Shown here: positions 24,715-36,981 of the stretch, piece after piece
How positions within the stretch are numbered: position 1 is the stretch's first letter
Layout of the letters: each line of letters opens with the position of its first letter
NCBI GenBank assembly: GCA_030704615.1
Contig: CM060732.1
Location: 74,276,001-74,340,000 of the forward strand
Length of the DNA: 64,000 nucleotides
Direction of reading: 5' to 3'
From: Takakia lepidozioides
Lineage: Eukaryota; Plantae; Bryophyta
Translations under genes and position numbers: made by a program
Notes under the pieces: generated by a model
The model's database searches: none
The model's input: the letters and a program-made list of their open reading frames with translations, nothing else
What the model was told of the DNA's origin: nothing

Positions 24715-27700
24715 ATCGAGGCTAATCCTGCTGCTACAACCCACTCTACTGGTGCTCTTGTTGTTACGAATCCTACTGTTGAAACTAATCTTGCTGCTAC
24801 GACTCATTCTGCTGATCATCTTTGTTGCTAACACCACTAACAGCGCGCTGCCTGGTAGTGTTGCCTTGCCAATGTCGCCATTACCTGAGCCCAACGCTCA
24901 TAATCCAGATCTTGTCGTTCCGTTAGGCTCGCTTGGTAATAGTGACTATGCTAACCTAGTGGAGGCAGAGGCGTGGTCACCAATTTCTGAGAGGTCTGAC
25001 AGTTCTCTAGACAGTTGTGACCCGGAGTATTACAATTTTGATAATTTTGTTGATCCTGGGCTTGAGTACTTTGAGAGTAGGCAACAAGCAACAAAATTGG
25101 AAAGGGATATTGAATTGTCACAAGAGGTAGATGACCTTATGTGTGAAGTCAGTGAGGAGGATCATCTTGGTTTGAACGTATAAAGAAGGCTGTTGACGGG
25201 GACCTTGTTACGTTAACTAGTCATCACGAGTCCTTGTTTGAAGGCCCTCGCTTGAGTCTATTGCAGTGGTTTCCATACTTACCATGCTGCCTCGAACGCA
25301 CACGGTTTGTCCCACCTGAAACAGGTTAGAATACTTAACACGCAAGCTGTTAAAATTGCGGGTCTGGGTTAGCTGAGCCTTACCAATGTTTGACTTGGCA
25401 TCATGGATAGACACCGCATGCCGAGCATGAAGATCCTCAACAAAGGTATCAAGATCAACCGGATTAGCAACAGTTTAGATAAGAGGGGTAGAATGCAAAG
25501 GAGAAACACACTTGTGACCATACAACAACTCAAAATGAGTCTTCTTGGTGCTAGCATGTACGGCGGTGCGATAAGAAAGAAAATAGGGGAAAAAAGGTAT
25601 CCCACTCCCTGGTAAGTTTGCCATTCTTCTCCAACATTCGGCAAAGAGTTTGGTTGAAGCGTTCCGTGAGACCATTGGTCTGGGGATGGTATGTGGCAGT
25701 GGTGAAATGCTTGATACCAAAGTTGAAACATACCACTGTGAGGAACTGGTTACAAAACTCCTTGCCCTGATCCGTTAGTATCTCCCGATGACACCCATGC
25801 CGCATAAGGATCTCATTGAAAAAGAACTGAGCTACAACATCACTAGCCTTGGAACGCAAAGGCCGGACCTCTACCCACTTAGTCAAGTAGTCAGTAGCAA
25901 TACAAAAGTAGCTTCGACCCTTTGATGTAAGTGCGAGGGGTCCTACCAAATCAATGCCAACACGAGCAAAAGCATGGGTGATAGACAAAAGCTGCAGCTC
26001 ATACGAGACTTCTCCAGGTGATAAATCCACCACACATACTAGCGCATGAATAAATCAACCAGGATCATCAAGAAGGCTAGACCAGCCCCAAGCAGCCAAT
26101 ATGCCATGAGAATCCAAGGCCAAGGGTTGCTGATCTGCACAAAGGAGGTTGAGAAGAGGAGTTGCATCAGTAGCAGCAAGATCATCCAAGGTGAGCATAG
26201 GCTTGCCGACAGGAAGATCAACCCGCGTAAGTACATCAGCGTTGATGTTTTCCTTGTCTTTCTTGTAGACTATATCCATGTTAAATTCTTGCAGAAACAT
26301 AACCCATCTAGCAAACCTGCCATGAAGCTCCCTTGGTTTAATAAGAGCCTTGAGTGGAAGGTGATCAGTCTCCACTACAAATCGGCTACCATGTAAATAT
26401 TGCCTGAAATGCTTCACACCAAAGATCAGGGGTAGACCCTCCTATCAGATATGGAATAATTCCGTTCATGACGATCTAGAGAGCGAGATGCATAAACTAT
26501 CACATGCTCTTTGCCTTCCACAACTTGATATAAGATTGCAGAAATAGCAATATCTGATGCATCAATCTGAAGTAAGAAAGATAATTCAAAGTTAGGAAAT
26601 ATCAAGATGGGAACTGAACAAAGAGCTTTGCGAAGAGTGTCAAAGGCAGCCTGAGCTGGAAGAAGGTCCATTCAAACCTGGCATCCTTGCATACACCTTG
26701 GTCAGGGGGTGAGCAAGTTTGACAAAGTTTTTGATGAAACGCCTATAATAGGAAGCCAGACCAAGAAATGATTTGATACAATGTTTATCCCTAGGAATAG
26801 GAAAGCCCCAAACAGACTCAAGCTTGGCAGGATCAGGAAGCAAACCATCTTTGAACATGATATGACCAAGAAAGTGCAACTCAGGCATAAATAACTCACA
26901 CTTCTTTGGCTTCACCTTGAACCCTGTTGTGCATACTGAAAACACGTTGCAGATCAGTCAAGTGAGAATCAATGGAGAGCAATGTTAGCACGACAACCTT
27001 CACACTTAGAGATGAACTCTGTGACATCCCGGTGAATTCCCAGCCAATAGTAAACCTCCTAGATGCGGGCCACGGTTTTCTTGATACCAAGGTGACCTGC
27101 ATACAAGGAACAATAGAAACGCTCCAATAAAGCATTCAGTTGGCTCCGTGGTGAGGGCAGCAAAGGCGTCCATGGTTCATTCATCATACCAATTTTTCAT
27201 CCCACACTCATCCAACATTCATCCATTCCTTTTTTTTTAAGCAGATTCCCTGAAGCGTGAGCAGATTGAAAACGTAAGCACATTACTGATGCGGACCCTA
27301 AAACCGAGGGAACAAGTGGGCCTATTGCCGTGGACGCGAACTCCACTGCAATGACGCAATCTCCGCTCCATCGGACCGAAAACAGACAGGCTCCAAGACG
27401 ACAATGTGGCACGAATGTGCGATGAAAAAACAATTAAAATCTTGACTTCCTGCCTATAACCCCTATCTATGACACCAGTAGCCACTAAGCAATGTTTGAG
27501 GGTGGTGAGTCTCCTCCAACCTTCAACTTCAAGGAAATGAGCAGTTGGACACAGGAAAGCTAGGCCAGATCTAACCACCTTCTAGGTAATGGTAAGAATG
27601 GTGATATTGACAGGTGCACAAACCAAGGTAGAATTTCTGGGAATAGCTATAGGCACCCCTGTCATGCCACCAGCATTAGGAACATGCCATTGATGTAAAA

Positions 27701-30240
27701 ACTGAAGATTAGGCTGAAATTTGTAAAATTCATTCCAATTGAGGTTGGAGTGGGAGTTTTGTTGTACCTCTTTTACCAGGGCCTGCACTTTGGAGAGATT
27801 TGGCTGTAGCTGACCCAACATTGAGTTTCACTGCCTTCAAAAGGACCACTTTCTCATGGCCCTCACCATTGTTGAAGCAAAAGGAATAGTCTGCCAGACT
27901 GATGGTGGCACCAGCCCTAGTCATCCAGTCTAGGCCTAGCAGGAATTGATCTCCAATAGTAACTCACCACAACCTCTTTCTTGTGAATTCTGATAGGTAC
28001 AGTGACTAGACCCAGAGGCTCATATCTGGATCCATCTACAATCAACACTTCAATACCAGATGCAAGGCATAACTTAAGACCAAGAACTCTCACAACATCC
28101 AAAGGTACAGTAGATATAGTACATCCTATGTCAATTACGCAGGAAAAGCTCAACTCATGGATATGACATTGGGCCATGAGAGGGCTGATCTATCGGCCAG
28201 CAGTCTGCCTGCTGAGAGGACAATGCAAGGCTTTGAACTAGTTAGTGGACAAAACAGCTTGAACCGAAACAAGAGAGATAGGGTTGGTGGATGGTGGACC
28301 TCTTGCCCCCTTCCCAAGAGATCTCTCTAGTTTAAAGGAGGGGAAGAACCACTAGCAGCTTTCTTGCTCTTGATCAGCTGTGGCAGCGCCCCTGCTCTGT
28401 CTGGACAATGCTTAGTCCAGTGTTCCAAGGATCCACAGATACAACATGCAACACGATTGGCTTCATAAGCTTGACCAGTCTGGGTATGACCTCTATTATT
28501 ACCACCTACTTGTCCTTACGCATGTCGAGGCTGCCAATGCTGCTAATGAGCCTGCATGGCAACAAACTGAATAGCTACAGACTCACTGAGACTTCCTATT
28601 GTGTTGGCCAATCCTTGAAGGGTAAAGTTGTCTATCTTGCATTGCATAACATGAGAAACATAGGGTGAAGATGTTGCATGCCAAGCTCGAAGCCCCCTGG
28701 AGCTTGAAACTTGGCATGGTGTTGCATTGATTTGCTGTCAGCCAAGTCAGCCATCTTAAGATTAACTTATGCTAACACAGTTTCGTCATTGACAAACTGA
28801 CGACGCTGAGCCTAGTTCTGAATAGCAAGGGATAATCTAAGGAGAGTCAATGATATTATCAACAGCAGGAAACTTGATATCCATGTAGTATTTCCATGTA
28901 GTAAGTCCTAGAAGATAGTTTGATAAAGCAATCTAGAGGCCTCTCAGGAGGTTTGAACAAGATCTTTGCCCACTCTACAAAGGATGCCCAATTGATGCTG
29001 GGATCATCCATGACTGTTGCATGCAGCAAGTCACGAGCTGACCCCTTCATGCTCATCCTAAAGATAGCCATTTTGAAATTCTCAGGGACACCATTCACAT
29101 TAGCAATCACCTCATACATCTGAAGATATCTATCAATGTCTTCTCCCATGTTATATTCTGGATAGGGCTAAGTGGTTAACTGGGGGATCAAGTGACAGGG
29201 CAAGCTATGGTTCATGTGTCCAGGAAGAACAGATCCATGAGTAGGGCAGCAGGAAACCATGGCCTGAGTTTGGGCAGTAGCACCACTAGCATGCACATGA
29301 TTAGCAGCAGATGTGGAACTGTGACCCAAAATATTACTGGTTGACCTTATGGCAGTAGAAGAAGGCAGACTTGTATGTGACTTGCCATACCCATGGGGAG
29401 GATATGTGACATCATATTTTGCTGAGCAGCAGGATGGACTTACTGCAAGTGAGGCTGAGGCATTCCACTCATGGGAATAGTGGGTGCCACTCCCACTGGC
29501 TGAACTGACATGGACCCTATGTTATGGACAGGAGCAGTGCTAATACTACTAACATGCATGCCTACAGGCTGGCTGGTAGCAACTCCTGGTGGTGTGCCCG
29601 CTTGCTAGACAGGGAGGGCTCCCACATAGGTGCTAGCACTAGGAACCCGATTGGCAATCGAGCTAGAGGATGCTTGCGTCATGACCCCTCTACTTTGAAC
29701 AGGACCAGAGACACTCAACAGAGGAGCACCACCCGAATGCAAACCCGAACCCACAGGCAAAGACATCCCTCCCCCGAGAGTGGGATTAGGGAGATTCATG
29801 ACATGCATTACATTAGAGTCCACACTAGTCATGACCTGGGCCGGCATACCGCTCGTAGTTGCCCGAACATCCAAGATCGGCCTATGGACAAAATCCGGAC
29901 TTTGCAACTATGTCGTGGGCTTGCTGTGCCGAGTCACTACGGCCGCATCAGCTCGAACGTAGACAAGAAAATTCGTAGGATCAAACATTCCAAACTCTTC
30001 GGGTGAGAGAACCAAACTCTCATCTCTCACCCTTGCAACAACACCATCATGTAACGTGGCTCTAGCTCTCCTTCTAAAGTACCAGTGTTCAACAAGACAT
30101 CATTGGCCAGCATATTACTTTCCTGCAGGTTGTCCGATTCTTTACTTATCCCAGGTACGCCTTCACCACGTGACTCCCTCGAGCTATCCATGAGCCTCTG
30201 TCTACCATATCTCAGCCAAGCAGTCTTACCTAGCATACAA
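24715..30240 (-). mobile_element. Second Ty3/gypsy element (decayed, rearranged): gag - protease - dUTPase-like - partial RT - RNase H - integrase
   Basis: gag 29149-28859. Knuckle CCICGSLEHWTKHC at ~28400-28447. Protease VIDIGC 28177-27917. RT C-terminus KPKKCELF...FLGH 26945-26640. RNase H (QIDASD, ETDHLPL, NADVLTR). Integrase core (GIDLVGP, LTDQGKEF, YHPQTNGLTER) 26033-25551. PBS-like tggtgttgttgcaaggg at 30046-30030 next to a TG edge at 30050. Confidence 0.85.
27430..27660 (-). pseudogene. dUTPase-like remnant in the second gypsy element
   Basis: VVRSGLAFLCP...VATGVIDRGYRQEVKILI resembles dUTPase motif 3 (GVIDxDYRGEI) and the preceding TGL...P strand. Motifs 4 and 5 are missing. Confidence 0.55.
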
Positions 30241-30879
30241 GAAATGAAAAATAGGCTTGGGAAATTTGACCGTTAAGCAGCAGGGATGTGAAGAGAAGGT
30301 CGAGCACCCGGCGAGCTAGCCCCTGGAACCCACGTAGAGCAGCACGTGCAATCCTCAGCACCTTGTGCGACTGCAGCTCGTAGATGCCCAAAGCCAACCA
30401 CTCCCAACCTTCAGTGTTCTTGATCCAAAAGCTCACACGAGTGGTGTCACCCTCCCGCCACGTTCGTGAGAGCAGAGCTAAAATAGGGTAGTCACTCAAA
30501 TTCTCAAAGGCACTTAGGCGAACCACCCTTTGAGTAGCAAAGGTGGTGCCCACGCCTAGGATTACCAAGTCAGACAACTGCACGATCAGGGGCCCACCCC
30601 TCAAGCCGTCAATCAACTGTGAGGATGTGGGTGCCAACGCACAGGGTCGGAGGTGAAATCGCAGAGTGCGCAACACCAGTGCCCCCGTGCCCTGCAACAT
30701 CAACGAGAGCCAATTCTGCCGTACTGGGCTAGGGCCATGATGAAGCTCCATGCTTCGAATGCCAGAGAGAGGCAGATATAGGCCAAGTTCCAGCCACGTA
30801 AACTCCCGGTGATGCAGAAAGCGCGACTTGATTGCCTTGATGGCAAGCGCTCAGAATTGCGGAGCTCGAATTCTTTTTT

Positions 30880-31130
30880 AGTGAGCTACCTAGCTCTAAT
30901 GCAAGGTGGTCTTAGGACGATCTTCTTCTGCAATCGTGCTCTGGTTGTATCCGGAAAATACATCAAGGAAAGAATAGCATTCATGGCCAGCGACTGCATC
31001 CAGGATAATGTCAGTGAAAGGCCATGGAAAATAGTCCTTCCTGGTAACTGCATTAAGCTTCCAAAAGTCCGAGCAAATCCACACTTTGCCCGATTGCTTC
31101 TTTGGGACAACCACTATCGGCGACACCCAA
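30880..31130 (-). mobile_element. Short gypsy RT fragment from a third element
   Basis: SPIVVVPKK..GKVWICSDFWKLNAVTRKDYFP.PFTD.ILD...FLDVFSGYNQ...DRPKT, corresponding to RT domains 1-4. Confidence 0.8.
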
Positions 31131-31213
31131 TCACTATATGGAACAGGACAAGACGACTATCACGGCGGAATTGGAACGTGGAGCCAGTCTTCACGAAACA
31201 ATATGCATCATAC

Positions 31214-31791
31214 GTTCCACTCCAAACCAATTTCAATTATCAAATAATGAACTGAATAGTGAGGGCTGTTGCAGCCTCTGACAATGGTGGAACCAGATGT
31301 TCCACCCTGATCCTATTGGCCTGGAAGGGGGAGGCCTCTAGTGGAAGCATTTCCCTGTGCGGAATGCACCCATTGGATTCTGCTTTTGAAGGGCATGACG
31401 AATGAATGGGAAAAACTTTGCAAGTTCTTTACGCCTTGAAAAGTCCCCTCCAACTACGCTAAGAAAATCAGAAATAACCTTAAAAAATATCGGAAAAAAT
31501 CACTTTACATAGCATGAAGGCAGAGAAATGAGGTTCCACTCCGAACCAATTTCGGTTATCAAATAATGAACTTAAGAGTGAGGGCTGTTGCAGCCTCTGA
31601 CAATGGTCGAACCAGATGTTCCACCCTGATCCTATTGGCCTGGAAGGGGAAGGCCTCCAGTGGAAGCATTTCCCTGTGCGGAATGCACCCATCGGATTCT
31701 GCTTGTGAAGGGCACGATAAATGAATGGGAAAAACTTTGCAAGTTCTTTACGCCTTGAAAAGTCCCCTCCAACTACGCTAAGAAAATCAGA
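31214..31791. repeat. Direct repeat: two ~259-bp copies, period 319 bp
   Basis: 31214-31472 and 31533-31791 are near-identical (gttccactcc...aagaaaatcaga). Confidence 0.9.
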
Positions 31792-31923
31792 GGAGGTCTT
31801 TACGTTTTGGTAATCAGCCCTTCAAGTTCCAGAAGTTCAACATCCTTAGCCACAAAGGCATAATGGTATATCACAACATCTCTAATGCCCACATACTTCC
31901 AGTGACACTCTTTCATGCTTATC

Positions 31924-34165
31924 TCACCAATAATCCCCGCATGAACAAACCCCATCTTGAAAGTGGTGAAAACGGTTGGCATCTCTTACAACGACTGCTC
32001 GATCAACAATCTTCGAGATGAACTTGATGGCGGTGTGGCAGTCACCACACACCCGAAGGTTCTTAATGACACGGATAGGCATCCCAGGAGGTGTGCTGAT
32101 GAGCCCAAAAGCAATGGCCAGCTTCTCACTGTGGTGGCAAAGAGAAACTGCCTTCTGCTCCTCGTCTAAATCATGCAAGACATAACGTGTGTCAGGCACA
32201 TATCCAGCCTCCTTCATCCAACAAGACAGTCGGTTCAGCTCAGCATGGATTTCCTCAATTTGTGGATGCATTTTATCTTCTACTGCAAATGTATGGACCC
32301 GGTTGTTGACCTCAATGCAGCTGCGACCTGGCTCCTTTCTGACACCTCTGTCCTCCATCATTTTTCTTACCTTGGCTTTGTCATCCCACCTGCCAGCTGC
32401 AGCATAGATATTTGAGAGAAGCACATAAGCTGCAGTATGTTCTGGATCCCACTTGAGAAGGCATTTTGCAGCATGTTCTGCAAGGTTCACATCACCATGG
32501 ACTCTGCAGGCACCAAGCAATGCACCCCACACTGAACCATCTGGTTCAATGGGCATTTTCTTAATTAACTCCTCTGCCTCCTCCAATCGTCCTGCACGTC
32601 CAAGAATGTCCACCATACAGCTAAAATGCTCAACTGTAGGCATGAGGCCATGGTGTTGGCTCATGGAATCCAAGTAGTGTTGGCCTTCCTCCACTAGGCC
32701 CACATTGCAACTGTAGGAGAAGAGATATAAATGTGATACCATTGGGCTGTCAGCCTTCCTGTTGCATTTGTTCAAATAGTTGGATAGCTTCCCTACCATA
32801 TCCCTGCTGGGCATATCCTGCAATCATCGCATTCCATGATATCACATCGCGTTCACCTATTTTGTCGAAAACTTGACGTGCACCTTTCAAGCTCCCACAT
32901 TTGGAATACATTGTAACCAGTGTATTCTCCAGATTAATATATGAAGGAACTCCAGCTTTAATGATGTCAGCATGGACCTGCCTGCCCTTTTCCAGGGCTC
33001 CTAGGTTAATACAGGCATTGAGAACAGAAATGAACGTCACCTTGTTGTGGGTTACCCCTTCCTGTTGCATTTGCTCATAGATTTTGAAAGCCTCTTCTCC
33101 AAACCCGTACTGAGCATATCCTGATATCATTGCACTCCATGAAACCACATCTTGATCAGCCATATTGTCAAAAACTTGACGTGCATTTTTCATGCTCCCG
33201 CATTTAGCATACATTTCTATAAGGGCAGTCTCCAAATTAATATGTGATGCAATTCCAGCTCTGATGATGTCAGAATGGACCTCTTTGCCCTTTTCTAGGG
33301 AGCCTAGGCTGGCACACGCATTTAGAACACAAATAAACGTTACCCTGTTGGGTGTCACCCCCTCTTGCTGCATTATCTCATAGAGCTTGAACGCATCCAT
33401 TGCAGCACCATATTGAGCATATCCTGCGATCAATGCACTCCATGATACAACATCTTGCTTAGCCATGTTGTCGAACACTCGACGCGCATCCTTCACACTC
33501 CCGCATTTGGCATACATGTCAACAAGGGCAGTCTCCAAGTTGATATGTGATGCAATTCCAGCTTGAATGATGTCAGCATGGACCTCTTTGCCTTTTTCCA
33601 CAACTCCTAAGGTGGCACACGCACTGAGCACACAAATGAATGAAACCCTGTCGGGCGTTATCCCTTCTGATTGCATTTGCTCATAAATCTTGAAAGCCTC
33701 CTCAGAATGCCCACACTTGGCATATCCTGCCATCATTATAGTCCATGTAAATAAATCTCGTTCAGGCATTTTGTCAAACACTTGGCGTGCATCCACCAAG
33801 CTCCCACATTTGGCATACATGTTGACAAGGGTGCTGAGAAGAAACTTGTTTGACTTCAATCCAGTTTGGATAATGTGGGCATGCACCTGCTTCCCCCCTG
33901 CTAGGTCTTTCATTTTGATGCACTCCTGTAAGAGACAGACGTAAGTATTGGAGTCTCCCGACTTGCGTTGTTGGTTCAAAATGTGCAGCGCCTGTTTCAG
34001 TTGTCCTGCCTTACATAGTGTCCTGACATCCCTGAAAGCCCCAGACAAGTTCTTTGTGGTTCCTTCTCCTGCTATTCCTTCAGAAGCAGTGGTGATGGTG
34101 AAGGTGCTCCCCCTGCCATCAGTCTGCTGTCCAACAAGTACCTGTGCCTGATTCAGACCTTTCAT
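31924..34165 (-). pseudogene. PLS-E-DYW class PPR (organellar C-to-U editing factor), disrupted
   Basis: P-L-S triplets in 34165-32750. E1/E2 and DYW domain with PG box, HSEKLA, CGDC and terminal DYW in 32700-31924. In-frame TGA at 32752-32750, then QPNGITFISLL, then a frameshift at ~32715. No obvious transit peptide. Confidence 0.8.
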
Positions 34166-36981
34166 TCTGCATGACTCCAAACTTTCAACTCAAAACCCAC
34201 TTAATATGCATCAAAGCTCGTAGACGCTCAATAAAGGACCTCTTTATGATGACAGGCTCTTGCAGCACAATTATGGGTTAGAAACCAAACTATCCAGCCT
34301 TAGTTGAAAAACTTGCATCCTCATCAAAGTGATACCCGTTGAGTTGTCAGCCTGGTGCTGCATGGTGTACATCAGCATTAAAACCATCATCAGATTGTAC
34401 TCGACCTTGTGTCATGGCAGCTAGCTCTGCTTTCACCCAAGGAGGATTTGACAAACTCTCAATCCAAAGGACCTTCTTTGAATGCTTATGTAGAAAATCA
34501 TGAGATCTTGGACTTTTCTGTAAAGAGCAACAAGGGGTAGCTGAGCAGCTAGAGCTTCAACCACAGCCTCACAAAGACCACTCTACAGCCGCCAAGGTCA
34601 TCTCAAACAACATACCACGACAAAGCTACTTCAATGCCACTGTGGCTTAGCAACTGAGAGAAAAAGCACTACAGTAAGTGTAAAAGACGAATATATTTCT
34701 TGGTATTACTGCAACCATGTTCCAGTCTTCATAGACTCACCATATAAGACCTGTTGTCCCACCACTGCAAGGGATCTGACATGAACTCCTGCCACAGTCG
34801 TCCTATGCCTATGGATTGACCTGCATGCAAACACCACCCAAACAAGTCTTTAGGCATCTCTTAATTGCCTTATGCTGTACACTTGAGGGCATAGTTTGAA
34901 GGCAATGCTCCTGCAGCCAGTTGTGGGTTTTTTACCCACTGGTGTATGATAACTCAGCTCCAGAACACCATAGTCCCTGTGAATAACCACCGACAATCTC
35001 GTTGTAGGTGATTAGAATTTTGATGTAGACATCATGCCAGCAGCAATATTGATTCCAGCACTGCCACTCTAGCCCACAATCACACAGGTGTGACACATGG
35101 ATGCAATTGCACTGCCAGAGAGAGAGAGAGAGTTCCACGAGGAGCAAGAGCTTAAGGGGACGAGTGTGGAACAAGAACCAACACCCCGGAAGTCCTACAG
35201 AAAGAGAGAGACGTTCATTGTATGAAAAATCTGCACCCACAATCCTCAACAAGGGCGGCTAACGTTCACAAGGAAGCGAGACATCAACCAGTGCCTCTCG
35301 TACTTCTCTGTGAATCCTTGTCCATCCGTAAGTGTGACTGGATAATTGTGGTTTTACACGGCTCTAGTAGGATCACATCTATTCGTATCACGTCTATGAG
35401 AAGTAGCTTTCTACATTAAGGAGTGAGCTCAAAATGTTGCACCTCATGGAACTCTGCAGCCAGTTTTCCAGTAGACCGTGGAGGCAGCCCTGTCCAAAGT
35501 CCACCAAACTTCCGCCTTGAGAGTAAATCCCGGTGGCGACATTCTAGCCATGCAAATAAATGCCCGTCTCTCTCTCTCTCCCCCATGCAATCGATTGAAA
35601 AAATATAAATAGGAGATGAGGAGCTCACGTTCACCTACAGCCCTTGCATGTGCCAACTTCTTCGACCAAAATGGGCGTAGCACTAGCTGGTGTGTGTCAA
35701 GGGAAATTCGGGAACTGTCTCGCTCGATCACACCAGAATTTGCTTGAGAAACCACGTAATGCACGAGGAGCTTGATATCTCTACCTTCCTTTGACTTCTC
35801 TGGAGACTTGGGAGGCATCAAAGCCATCGCTAAACCGGGGAGAGAGACAGCTTCCGCGAGATCTCGCCCGGCCTTTTCCCGGGCAGCTCTAAATGGATGA
35901 ACGCCCTCGTTCATGGATGACAAGTGGGAAAGAGCGGGAATGAGTTTTGAATGAGCGGGACTGTCTCTCTCCCGCTCAGACGTTCCACGACAGCTATGCG
36001 GCAGCTGCTTACTGCATTCGATGCGTAGTGATTGACGTACTTTTCTCCACCACAGCTATGGCGGCAGCTGCTGGCTCCGTTGTGCTTCCTTGCATGCGAG
36101 GCCTGATCGTTCACATGCGTAGTGATTGACGTACTTTTCTCCCCCACAGGTCGTAGATGTTCTTCCTTCCCTTCTTCACCTCCGTCGCACATGCTTGCGT
36201 GCGAGACTGTGGTAGGAGACATGCGAAAGCAGGGGGGCATTCACGTGCAGAATGATTCACATTGGAGTTGCACCACAGGTCGTAGGGTAGATGTTCTTCC
36301 ATAGGTCGATCTCCGTGTAAGCTTGAGAGGATTGAAGAGGAGGAGGAAATATGAGTGTTGTGGTCAATATGCATCAGCGGCGCACCATAGCCAATGGCAG
36401 GCAAAATCAAGATCCCAACACAGGTACTGCTTTTCTCTATCTTTCTCGCACAATATCGACGTTAAGGGATTGCCTCCAACCTGGGCTACTGAGATGGAGG
36501 CTGTAAAATCTTGTCAAAGGAGACGTTCCCAGTTTCAGTTGTAGCTAAGGTAACTTTGCAAACAAAAATTGCATTAAGTGACAATTGAAATCCTAAGGAA
36601 TGTCTTGCTTGGTCCGCGCAGCTGTTGGGGTGAAAGATTTAACGCCAAAGAAAACGTGCCCGAAACTTGAGAAGTCTATTCAGGAGGTGCTCAATCATGC
36701 CCGAAACACTTCTGGTACGTACGGGTCACTCTTTTGTGTCCGAGAATGGCTTTCTTAGGGTCTTGTAGCGCGAGATGCTCCATGAAATTCATGTTCAAAC
36801 AATGCAGTACTTGGAGCCCTGCCGTGAAATTGCAACGATCATTTTCTTAACCTAGACTCGTGAGTTGTCTCACTGTTCCAAGGTGAAAGTGCGGCATCCT
36901 TGACCTCGGTACTGAGTAGCAACTGTGGTTGAGCTGGAGTTGAAATGATACTCACTAGATTGGGAATGTGCTCCATATTCA

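Larger units (their letters stand above)
18040..24715 (+). mobile_element. Ty3/gypsy LTR retrotransposon (decayed, 3'-truncated): gag - protease - C5 DNA methyltransferase - RT - RNase H
   Basis: gag from ~19011 with CCHC-like knuckles at ~20008-20140. Protease VLLDSG at ~21070. RT (CGDYRPVN, LDLRSGYHQ, LPFGLKNAP, YIDD) 23198-24007. RNase H (LHTDWS, EGECLA, VTDHQPL, DADGLSR) 23937-24540. Integrase absent. Confidence 0.92.

Noticed and set aside
34920-35420. Possible solo LTR or partner LTR of the gypsy elements
   Set aside because: No TG...CA pair with a TSD and no similarity to 18040-18890 could be established.
35423-36544. Overlapping short ORFs upstream of the USP gene
   Set aside because: They have no recognisable domains and I could not splice them confidently to the USP. 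They may be UTR or N-terminal exons.
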